Translations under genes and position numbers: made by a program
Sequence record: PV357171.2
Origin: a phage
Reading direction: 5' to 3' (one strand)
Length of the DNA stretch: 64,000 nucleotides
Notes under the pieces: generated by a model
What the model saw: the letters and a program-made list of their open reading frames with translations, nothing else
Told to the model about the DNA's origin: nothing
The model's database searches: none
Shown: piece after piece, positions 28,046 to 35,582 of the stretch
Layout: each line of letters begins with the position of its first letter
How positions within the stretch are numbered: the first letter of the stretch is position 1

Positions 28046-29565
28046 ATATCGCTGGCCTGTTCACCTGTTGAATTTTCAGCTTTGTCTTTCTTAGCACGTT
28101 TAGGTTGAGCCGGCTTATCCTTCTCAATAGGGATAACGAACTCAGCTTCCATTTGAGATATATCTTCCATTGCTAGGTTGGTAGTGTTATCCATCTGCAG
28201 GGTTTCCCAGTTCATCTTAGGCATAAACTTCACGCTATCAGAAGAACGGGTCTTAACGAAGTCAAACATAATAGCACCTTGACCATTATCAGCTTTTGCA
28301 GCATTAAGATTAGCAGCCATGTCTGCGGAATCAAGAATCCCCTTTGACATACGTGTTCTACCATCTTGATCGATCTGGTAAGGAGCTACTCCAGCCACGT
28401 TATGTTTCTGGCAGATGGATTTGAAAGATGAACTAACAACCATCTGTTCTTTCCAGTCATACATATCAATGGTCTTTGAATCTGGAAGTCTTGTTTGGTT
28501 AATATAGTCTAGAAGAGCTACAGTAACCTTATCACCATATTTAGCAACTAGTTTATTTAATTCTACGTCAACCGTCGTAATAGACAGTTCAGGATCGTAA
28601 ACGATGATCATAGGAGTGTGAAGCTCATAGCCTTCAAGGAGTTTACTTTCCATATCATAGAAGTCACTCATTTTAGCCATAGTGTATTGCTTAACGAAGT
28701 TATCGAAAAGCTCTTCACCACCATTAAACATTCTAGCCCTAGTTCTGGCTAATCTCAACAGAGCAGCACCTTCAAGAGTGTTATTACGCATTGCTAATGC
28801 AGATACTCCAGCTAACATAGCCAGATTACGTCTAAACACTTCGTGCTCTTTCATCTCAATTGAGAAATATGGAGCAATGTCTCCATTCAAATATTGCTGA
28901 ACCTGTATGTTTGAACAGATAATGGATTTACCAGTACCACGCCAACCACCAAGCAGTAACGTTTCTGTGCGAGCTAAACCAATTTGAGCGTCGAACTCAT
29001 TACAAATACCAAGAGCGATTAAGTTCAGTTTGGTATCTTCTTCTCTCTGGAAAATACGCATTGTGTCTGCGTTGAATACCTTTCCAGTATTCGTTACTTT
29101 CTCTTCTAATTTTAAGTGAAGGGAGGCAACTCGGTTGAGAATTTCTCCCTGATCCAGCATTGTTAAATCTTGAAGCACGTCTGTTTCTAGAAGCTTCAGG
29201 AATAAATCCTGTGTATATTCGGCCTCTAGGACTTCAAGTGCCTGTTCCATGCTAACTTCTGGAATTTGAGTGTTAGCTAAAACGACTAGAGCTTGAGAAA
29301 GGCGGGCGTTCCTATTAGCCTCAAGCATCAGTGCGTCAATGGATGGCATTGTGTTATATTTTTTATAATAATTCTGGACGGCTTGGTAAATTGAGGAGAA
29401 AGCGTCATTAAAATGATCTTTATGCAGTTTTGAGAATGTTTCCAATGCTATTTGCTTCTGTTCGGAAGCTAGAAGCATCTTCAACACTACAGCTTGCACG
29501 TTAAACAAGGTCATTCTCCTTTGCACGCTTTCGTGCCTTCTAAATGCAAAAAGGGGAAGGAGCAT
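28042..29565 (-). CDS. replicative DNA helicase (DnaB-like RecA-fold ATPase)
   Basis: Walker A GGWRGTGKS and Walker B-like hydrophobic-D motif; position beside primase. Confidence 0.6.
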   Translation of the reverse strand: MLLPLFAFRRHESVQRRMTLFNVQAVVLKMLLASEQKQIALETFSKLHKDHFNDAFSSIYQAVQNYYKKYNTMPSIDALMLEANRNARLSQALVVLANTQIPEVSMEQALEVLEAEYTQDLFLKLLETDVLQDLTMLDQGEILNRVASLHLKLEEKVTNTGKVFNADTMRIFQREEDTKLNLIALGICNEFDAQIGLARTETLLLGGWRGTGKSIICSNIQVQQYLNGDIAPYFSIEMKEHEVFRRNLAMLAGVSALAMRNNTLEGAALLRLARTRARMFNGGEELFDNFVKQYTMAKMSDFYDMESKLLEGYELHTPMIIVYDPELSITTVDVELNKLVAKYGDKVTVALLDYINQTRLPDSKTIDMYDWKEQMVVSSSFKSICQKHNVAGVAPYQIDQDGRTRMSKGILDSADMAANLNAAKADNGQGAIMFDFVKTRSSDSVKFMPKMNWETLQMDNTTNLAMEDISQMEAEFVIPIEKDKPAQPKRAKKDKAENSTGEQASDI

Positions 29566-29580
29566 AGCCCCCTCCCCTTA
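29548..29580 (-). terminator. hairpin terminator (minus strand)
   Basis: GGGGAGG..CCTTCCCC stem with bulge followed by T-run on minus strand. Confidence 0.45.
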
Positions 29581-29596
29581 GGTTTAATTTACCAGA

Positions 29597-30364
29597 TTAT
29601 TCAGCAGCCGCAGCTTTTGCATCCAGTTTAGCACGCTTAGCGGCACCATCATAGTCCTTAGCAACCAGACCACGACGAGACAGCATAGATTTAACACCGC
29701 GCTCAGATTTACCAGTTTTCTCAGCGATCTCAGCAACAGTCATGTTAACCAGATCCAGACCTTCTAACAGATCTTCACGAGTTTTAGCACTCGAGGTTTC
29801 CTGTACCGGCATAGCGGCGATACGACCTTCACGAAGCAGACTCAGAGCTTTACCACGGATCTGCTTGATATTACGACCGAAGTGAGCAGCGATAGCTTCA
29901 ATAGTAGCACCAGCAACAACCTGATTAACAAAATCAGTTTCTTCATCCGGAGTGAAGGAACGAACAGCAGCAGCTTTTTCAGTTGGTTTAACAGAAGCGG
30001 TCATTTCCAGACTCAGGATCTTACCCTGTACCTGCTTAGCACCGAACTGACCACCAGCTACAGCAGCAGCGATTTCAGCATAGGTATACTGACCAGCATG
30101 AGCGTTCAGGAAATCAACCAGTTCAGCTTCCTGCTCAGGAGTCCACGGAGATTTCTGCACTTCGTTAGCTTTCTGTACTTCAAAACCTTCTTTACGCAGT
30201 TTAGAGCCAACAGAGCGGGCAGTAACATCTTTGCCAGTTTCAGCAGCCAGTTCAGCAGCAATAGCAGCTACTTGTTCTTGAGAGATTACAGCAACACCCA
30301 GAGCAGTGGCTTTTGCTTTCAGAGACTCGGTTACACCTTCTACGTTCCAGTTCAGTTTAGACAT
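29597..30364 (-). CDS. putative DNA-binding protein (D5-like position)
   Basis: 255-aa Ala/Lys-rich ORF with internally repeated helix-rich segments; call by synteny. Confidence 0.4.
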   Translation of the reverse strand: MSKLNWNVEGVTESLKAKATALGVAVISQEQVAAIAAELAAETGKDVTARSVGSKLRKEGFEVQKANEVQKSPWTPEQEAELVDFLNAHAGQYTYAEIAAAVAGGQFGAKQVQGKILSLEMTASVKPTEKAAAVRSFTPDEETDFVNQVVAGATIEAIAAHFGRNIKQIRGKALSLLREGRIAAMPVQETSSAKTREDLLEGLDLVNMTVAEIAEKTGKSERGVKSMLSRRGLVAKDYDGAAKRAKLDAKAAAAE

Positions 30365-31136
30365 TATTATTTTTCTCCAATAGTTCTTTAATCGACAGGA
30401 TTTCTATCCCATTCGTTTCGGCTTTCTTATAAGATGAGGAAGAACGTTTTGATTCATCCTCACAGATCAGGTATTTGACGTCTTTGGTAACGGATTTCTT
30501 AACCGTATATCCTAGACCTTCTAAATAGTTTGTTGCATCCGTTCTATTTGCAAAATCTTGCAAAGATCCGGTAATACATACCGTTATTCCGTTTGGTTGG
30601 GCTACTAGACCATCAGTGATGATGACCTCAGCTTTAGCACCTTTAATACCAGTTGTGAATTTCCACGGTAATTCGATAACATCCTTGCCTTGTGGGGAAT
30701 TTAGCCAGGCTTTATAATTTTCTCCAGCCTTGCCGTCAGCCTTCACATCATGGAAGCTAGTGCAATTTTGGGATAATTTCTTTGCTGCAACCTCTCCGAT
30801 TAGAGGGATTCCTAAAGAACCGAGAACTGAACCAAAGTCAATGTCTCCGCGAACTTTAGTATTTAATTCGCTAATTAACTTAGCGGCAACCTTGCTACCC
30901 ACGGCTCTAACCAAATCTTCTTCGGTTAGGTAAAATAGTTCTGAAATCTTCGTCAGCTCCAGCTTCTCAATAGTTTTTGGACCAAAGCCCTTTAACTTCA
31001 TTTTTGAACAGAAGTTCTCAATTAACTTACTTGATTGCGCTGGACAGTTGGACTTATTCCGACAAAATAATTGTCCGTTGACAAGATCTAGCTTAGAACC
31101 ACAAGAGGGACATTGTGTTGGAATTTCGATTTTCAT
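30357..31136 (-). CDS. NAD-dependent DNA ligase, C-terminal subunit (Zn-finger and HhH domains)
   Basis: CPSCGSKL...FCRN...C Zn-finger typical of LigA plus helix-hairpin-helix region; ATG at 31136 one codon inside the TTG of the ORF track. Confidence 0.7.
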   Translation of the reverse strand: MKIEIPTQCPSCGSKLDLVNGQLFCRNKSNCPAQSSKLIENFCSKMKLKGFGPKTIEKLELTKISELFYLTEEDLVRAVGSKVAAKLISELNTKVRGDIDFGSVLGSLGIPLIGEVAAKKLSQNCTSFHDVKADGKAGENYKAWLNSPQGKDVIELPWKFTTGIKGAKAEVIITDGLVAQPNGITVCITGSLQDFANRTDATNYLEGLGYTVKKSVTKDVKYLICEDESKRSSSSYKKAETNGIEILSIKELLEKNNNV

Positions 31137-31166
31137 CAAATTTCTTCCTTATCAATTTATATAAAT

Positions 31167-31195
31167 ATTATAGCAAGTATTTAAGCATTTAGCAA
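31167..31195 (-). promoter_or_regulatory. early promoter for ligase C-terminal subunit
   Basis: Reverse complement TTGCTAAATGC, 17 bp, TATAATATTTATATAAATT. Confidence 0.65.
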
Positions 31196-31259
31196 CTACA
31201 ATTTTAACTAACTTTGCTTACCCTCGCCATAACTTTCTATCCCTCAACTGAATGATAAT

Positions 31260-31288
31260 AGTATATACCTAAGCGGCGAAAATGTCAA
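31260..31288 (-). promoter_or_regulatory. consensus sigma70 promoter (TTGACA, 17 bp, TATACT)
   Basis: Reverse complement TTGACATTTTCGCCGCTTAGGTATATACT in the spacer between the ligase halves. Confidence 0.5.
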
Positions 31289-31340
31289 TAACCACTTTAT
31301 AATTCCGATATGGTAGATGGGTAGCAAAGGGTTACATATA

Positions 31341-32315
31341 TTAATCGTATACTCGCTCTACTATGCACGGGATTACACCACCAGCACGAATCACTCGAAT
31401 CTGGCAACCGATCTCTAGATCAAGAGAGTTAATATAATCAACGTTATTAAGAGTCGCTTTAACAATTGTAGCGTCATCAATAATTACCGGTTCGAAATAT
31501 CCAACAGGAGTTACTTTACCAGAAGCCCCTACCTGCCACTCAACTTTGAGAAGAGTTGTAATTTCGCCTTCTTCATCTTGTTTAATTGCATAAGCACCGC
31601 GAGGATGTTTATTCGTCCAACCTTCACGGAAGAATTTATTGTTGTCATTAATACGAACAACTTTACCATCCGTTGGATACCAGTTGAAGTAGTTTTTAAT
31701 GTTCATTACAGTGATGAAATCTTCGTTAGCCAACCAAGACATATCATCTAAATAAGAACCTGTAATACCTACAGAATCTTCTGAACACTGAATACCATAA
31801 GCTACAAAGATTAATCCACCTTCCGCAATACGTTCGATGAAATCATCTTCTTCTTTTAAGTTAATAGCACCTGAAGCGTAGTTACGTTTGTTTTCTACTT
31901 CTTTAGTGATAAGAACTTCACCCGTGATTTGAGTTGGTACTTTTTGGGAAATCTTTTTCGGGATGTTCAGCAATCTAACGTTGCTTGTGACATCATTCCC
32001 TAGAATACCATTACCACGAGTTAACGCTTGAACAAACGTTCCGTCGATGTACAACAGAGAAATTGCGCAACCGTCTAGCTTATCAGTTTCTACGTCTTCA
32101 AGAGTAGTGAAGGGGGCTTTATCACCACGATCGAAGTAAACTTTTTGTAAAGAATACATACGATACAGATGTGGGATATCACCTTTCGGGCCGATAGCAT
32201 CTTCCGCCGTTGGGAAACGTTTTAACAGACGGTCATATTCTTCATCAGATATTAAAGACATACCCTGATAATATGCTTCTTGACAGCGTTTAATAAAGTC
32301 TTTTACATTAGTCAT
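31341..32315 (-). CDS. NAD-dependent DNA ligase, N-terminal adenylation/OB subunit
   Basis: KxDG adenylation motif (TDKLDGCAISL) and downstream nucleotidyltransferase motifs; ends with a stop before the Zn-finger part. Confidence 0.8.
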   Translation of the reverse strand: MTNVKDFIKRCQEAYYQGMSLISDEEYDRLLKRFPTAEDAIGPKGDIPHLYRMYSLQKVYFDRGDKAPFTTLEDVETDKLDGCAISLLYIDGTFVQALTRGNGILGNDVTSNVRLLNIPKKISQKVPTQITGEVLITKEVENKRNYASGAINLKEEDDFIERIAEGGLIFVAYGIQCSEDSVGITGSYLDDMSWLANEDFITVMNIKNYFNWYPTDGKVVRINDNNKFFREGWTNKHPRGAYAIKQDEEGEITTLLKVEWQVGASGKVTPVGYFEPVIIDDATIVKATLNNVDYINSLDLEIGCQIRVIRAGGVIPCIVERVYD

Positions 32316-32588
32316 TTATTCTGCCTCATAGTACGTGGGCTGTCTAGTGGACCCGTGCCATGTATAATTTTTGCAAAGATGCAAATATGTAGTTTTTACT
32401 AGCCTATCTGACAACGGAGAGTATATTTCAGCTGTTAATACTTCTTTTTCGTAATGAAGTGAAATCAGCTTATACCCACTTCTAGTTTTAGTATACTTTT
32501 CTCCATTAATCTTCTCCTCCCACATAAGTATAAGAGGCTGTCCGATACATGGGAAAGGTTTAAGTGTACTTATATTTATCTTTTTCAC
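32316..32588 (-). CDS. hypothetical protein
   Basis: 90-aa ORF with GTG start 8 nt after GAGAGG; own promoter. Confidence 0.4.
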   Translation of the reverse strand: MKKINISTLKPFPCIGQPLILMWEEKINGEKYTKTRSGYKLISLHYEKEVLTAEIYSPLSDRLVKTTYLHLCKNYTWHGSTRQPTYYEAE

Positions 32589-32618
32589 TTTGCAACCCTC
32601 TCATTAATTTATATAAAT

Positions 32619-32647
32619 ATTATATAACAAAACTGAGTTGAAAGCAA
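32619..32647 (-). promoter_or_regulatory. early promoter
   Basis: Reverse complement TTGCTT, 17 bp, TATAATATTTATATAAATT. Confidence 0.6.
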
Positions 32648-32660
32648 ATACATTTATAAA

Positions 32661-32689
32661 GAAAAAGCCAAGAACTAGGCATTCTTGGC
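32661..32689 (-). terminator. rho-independent terminator (minus strand)
   Basis: 8-bp stem GCCAAGAA / TTCTTGGC plus T-run on minus strand. Confidence 0.55.
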
Positions 32690-32983
32690 TTTGAGTTCTT
32701 CAGCTCGTTTCTGTACTTCATGTAAAACCTCAGATTCGCTAAGAATCTGTGTAAACGCATAGAAAAGCTGTGATGTTGTTTCTAGAGTGTAAGGAAAAGA
32801 GAAGCCAGATTTCGTTGGAAACCATTCATCATTAATATCAAGAAGCCAGTAACGAATACCCATGTATAGATTCCCACGAAATTCAGATACTGTTAATCTT
32901 ACTTGTTCTCCCTCCTTCTCCCAAAGTATGATGGACTGGTCATCAACGTGTCCTTCATAGTTTTGATTTACCTGTTCGCTCAT
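32675..32983 (-). CDS. hypothetical protein
   Basis: 102-aa ORF. Confidence 0.4.
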   Translation of the reverse strand: MSEQVNQNYEGHVDDQSIILWEKEGEQVRLTVSEFRGNLYMGIRYWLLDINDEWFPTKSGFSFPYTLETTSQLFYAFTQILSESEVLHEVQKRAEELKAKNA

Positions 32984-33033
32984 TTACATATCCCAAATAC
33001 ACAAAAAGCCCCATATAGGGGCTAATTGGTTTC

Positions 33034-33330
33034 TTATCGGCCTACTGGAGAAGCACGATCTAACTCTGATTGGAGGCTAGTCACACGACGGACTTTCTCG
33101 ACAGGAATAAAACGGAAGCTATCATTAGTGCGAGAGAAGACAAGGATTTCATCATCTTTCGCTTTACGAATACGTTCACGTTTAATACGCTCAGCTAGAT
33201 ATTTATCTTGGGCTGGGTCAAATTCCATCGTACCCTGAAGGTACGTGGTTCCTTTCTGACGAAGTTTCTCGTAATGAAGATAAAACTCACCAAATTTTTC
33301 ACATTGTGCGATAATTTCAGCTTTGGTCAT
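33034..33330 (-). CDS. hypothetical protein
   Basis: 98-aa ORF followed by GCCCC-ATATA-GGGGC hairpin terminator at 33003-33022. Confidence 0.4.
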   Translation of the reverse strand: MTKAEIIAQCEKFGEFYLHYEKLRQKGTTYLQGTMEFDPAQDKYLAERIKRERIRKAKDDEILVFSRTNDSFRFIPVEKVRRVTSLQSELDRASPVGR

Positions 33331-33366
33331 AACTGTGTTCCTTTTGTTGGTGGATTTATCTAAAAA

Positions 33367-33777
33367 TTACTTAGTGATAGCTCGGATTGCTTCTGCCAGA
33401 TGAGCAGCCGCTTTACCGGTCAGTTTGTCGATAATTGCATCATCCAGAAAATCTGGTGCTAAGCCAGCGTCAGAGAATGCTGCGCGAAGGTCGGCATGGG
33501 CTTGAGCTTTGGAGGTACGAGAACCACCGGAAGCTTTTTCTCCAGTAGATGCGCTAGATTTAGAAGTAGAACCAGCAGCTTTCTTGATATACAAACCTGC
33601 TTTAGTCAGCTTCATACGAAAACCGTTCGGAGTTACACCATTTTCCTGGGCAATTTCGCTAACAATTTCCATGCTAACACCCGGACGTTCATCCTCTGGG
33701 AATTGCTCCATACGAGCAACATATTCGGAAGACATTTTTTCAAACAGTTCATCAGTCCACTGAGTTGGAGTAGTCAT
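33367..33777 (-). CDS. hypothetical protein
   Basis: 136-aa ORF with own promoter. Confidence 0.4.
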   Translation of the reverse strand: MTTPTQWTDELFEKMSSEYVARMEQFPEDERPGVSMEIVSEIAQENGVTPNGFRMKLTKAGLYIKKAAGSTSKSSASTGEKASGGSRTSKAQAHADLRAAFSDAGLAPDFLDDAIIDKLTGKAAAHLAEAIRAITK

Positions 33778-33834
33778 ATTTTATATTTCCTTAATTAAGA
33801 ATTAAACAGAATAGTTCTTTCAAACTATGAGAAT

Positions 33835-33863
33835 ATTATATCAAGAATTATAGGATTAAGCAA
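33835..33863 (-). promoter_or_regulatory. early promoter
   Basis: Reverse complement TTGCTT, 17 bp, TATAAT. Confidence 0.6.
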
Positions 33864-33883
33864 CTGAAATTTTTCGGTAACTG

Positions 33884-34144
33884 CTACACATCTAGCTCAA
33901 CAATCTCCCAATCATCCGCTAGAGCTTCGTCTAGAGTTAATTCAACCTCTTCATCACTAGGCAGCAGCGTAGTATCTGAAGGCATCCACACATATTGGCG
34001 TACAGTATTGCTGTCTACATCAAATTTCAATAGTACAGTATACTCTTTATTATTTTCCCAGCTATCCCGCTGGAGATACTTTACATCTCCATCTTTAAGC
34101 AAGTCTGTTAGCTTACTCACGGCGTTTTCCTTTTTCTTTATCAA
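33884..34144 (-). CDS. hypothetical protein
   Basis: 86-aa acidic ORF. Confidence 0.35.
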   Translation of the reverse strand: MIKKKENAVSKLTDLLKDGDVKYLQRDSWENNKEYTVLLKFDVDSNTVRQYVWMPSDTTLLPSDEEVELTLDEALADDWEIVELDV

Positions 34145-34817
34145 GTTTCAGGGCAGCCTTAACAGCTTCGTTAATCAACGAAATTACTTCTTCCCGGGTC
34201 CATTTATACCCTAGAGATTTTACATCAACCCCCAGCTTTTCCAGATGTTTAACAGAGGCCAACTCGTAATTCATATAATGGACGTTCTGTTGTTTGCCTT
34301 CTGATAGGAGCCATACACGGTAACAACCAACAGGATTATCCATTGCTTTTTTGATTTCACCGATACACTGGTATCCAGGAACCCAAACAAGTTCACCAAC
34401 TGCAAATTCTTCTGCTACAGCATCATCAGGAATAATTGGAGGATTCAATGGATCTACAATATCGTTCAAACGAAGCAGAGCACCATATCGTTCCAGAACA
34501 GATTTAACCATTGCTACAGAGCGGTAATTACGATCGGCAATTTCTTCAAAAGAATCACCAGATAAATACTGCTCAATAACGTTAGCTAACTCAATACCTT
34601 CAATGAGTGTGCCACGTTTCTTTTTCTTCATTTCGGCAACTTGAATCTGGCGGTCTTGCCATTCTTCAATCATCCTTTCCATAGTTGGATTGGATGATAC
34701 GCCGAGCATTTCACATGCTGCTTTCTTAGTACCACCGTTCTCCAGATGCTCTATAACTTTTTTAAAGACTTCATCCGGGATTTCATGGATATGTTTCTTT
34801 CTGCGAGAACCAGCCAT
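34113..34817 (-). CDS. hypothetical protein with helix-turn-helix-like segment
   Basis: 234-aa ORF; ATG preceded by GAGGAG; C-terminal basic tail. Confidence 0.4.
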   Translation of the reverse strand: MAGSRRKKHIHEIPDEVFKKVIEHLENGGTKKAACEMLGVSSNPTMERMIEEWQDRQIQVAEMKKKKRGTLIEGIELANVIEQYLSGDSFEEIADRNYRSVAMVKSVLERYGALLRLNDIVDPLNPPIIPDDAVAEEFAVGELVWVPGYQCIGEIKKAMDNPVGCYRVWLLSEGKQQNVHYMNYELASVKHLEKLGVDVKSLGYKWTREEVISLINEAVKAALKLDKEKGKRRE

Positions 34818-34848
34818 ATTTAAACTCCTCTCTCAAATTTATGAATCT

Positions 34849-34877
34849 ATTATACAGAAAAATTTTCCTGAAAGCAA
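34849..34877 (-). promoter_or_regulatory. early promoter
   Basis: Reverse complement TTGCTT, 17 bp, TATAATAGATTCATAAATTTGAGAGAGGAG. Confidence 0.6.
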
Positions 34878-34885
34878 ATAAATTT

Positions 34886-35344
34886 TTAATTTGGATAGAG
34901 TTCGGACTTAAAATTAGCCCTAACTTTTTTAGCCTCTTCTATAGTATTGCACTGCTGGTACTTACGAATAGATCCTTTCTGCATTAGCACACAATATTTA
35001 TCGCCCCTCATGTAGATATTAGGCTCGCCCAACTTATTGTCTTTACGCACATTAATATTGTGCATTTGCTTAGATCTATTGGAGTCTTCTAAATTCTCTA
35101 TAAAGTTGCAATCTTTAATCCTGTTTTTGTGGTCTATCTCTTCTGGTATGTACCCCTTATGATATAAGAATACCAGCTGATGCTCTCCCCAGTGCCTACG
35201 CTTAAACCCTATTCTTATATACCCTTTATGTTTACCCCCGGCAAACTTACCTACTAGACTCTTCTGTCTTGTTTTCTTCCATTTAAGATGGCCTGTTTCA
35301 GGATCATACTCAAAAGCCTCTCTAACCTCTTCCTGTGTTATCAT
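34886..35344 (-). CDS. HNH homing endonuclease
   Basis: GYIRIGF...HQLVFLYHKGYIP..IDHKNRIKDCNFIENLE motif. Confidence 0.7.
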   Translation of the reverse strand: MITQEEVREAFEYDPETGHLKWKKTRQKSLVGKFAGGKHKGYIRIGFKRRHWGEHQLVFLYHKGYIPEEIDHKNRIKDCNFIENLEDSNRSKQMHNINVRKDNKLGEPNIYMRGDKYCVLMQKGSIRKYQQCNTIEEAKKVRANFKSELYPN

Positions 35345-35582
35345 TTTCTTTAATCAATTCTCCTAATTCTCTATAGATTTGATCTAACTCAAAAGATATA
35401 CGTAGTGATATGCTTTGCTTTCTCTGCTTTAGCAACCATGCGCCTATGCCATTTATGGATGCTAGTCTAGCAGGAACCACCCTACATAGCTTCTCCGAAG
35501 TATCATAAACAGGAACTTTGCGTTCTTTTACTGGAAACTTCCTTGTTTCCCATTTTTTATTCTTCACTGTCATTTCTAGCAC
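35322..35582 (-). CDS. hypothetical protein
   Basis: 86-aa ORF overlapping neighbours. Confidence 0.35.
   Translation of the reverse strand: MLEMTVKNKKWETRKFPVKERKVPVYDTSEKLCRVVPARLASINGIGAWLLKQRKQSISLRISFELDQIYRELGELIKENDNTGRG

Noticed and set aside
31140-31340. Possible intron or intein separating the two ligase halves
   Set aside because: The upstream half ends with an in-frame stop, the spacer carries two promoter matches, and there is no group I core or intein block; separate genes fit better.
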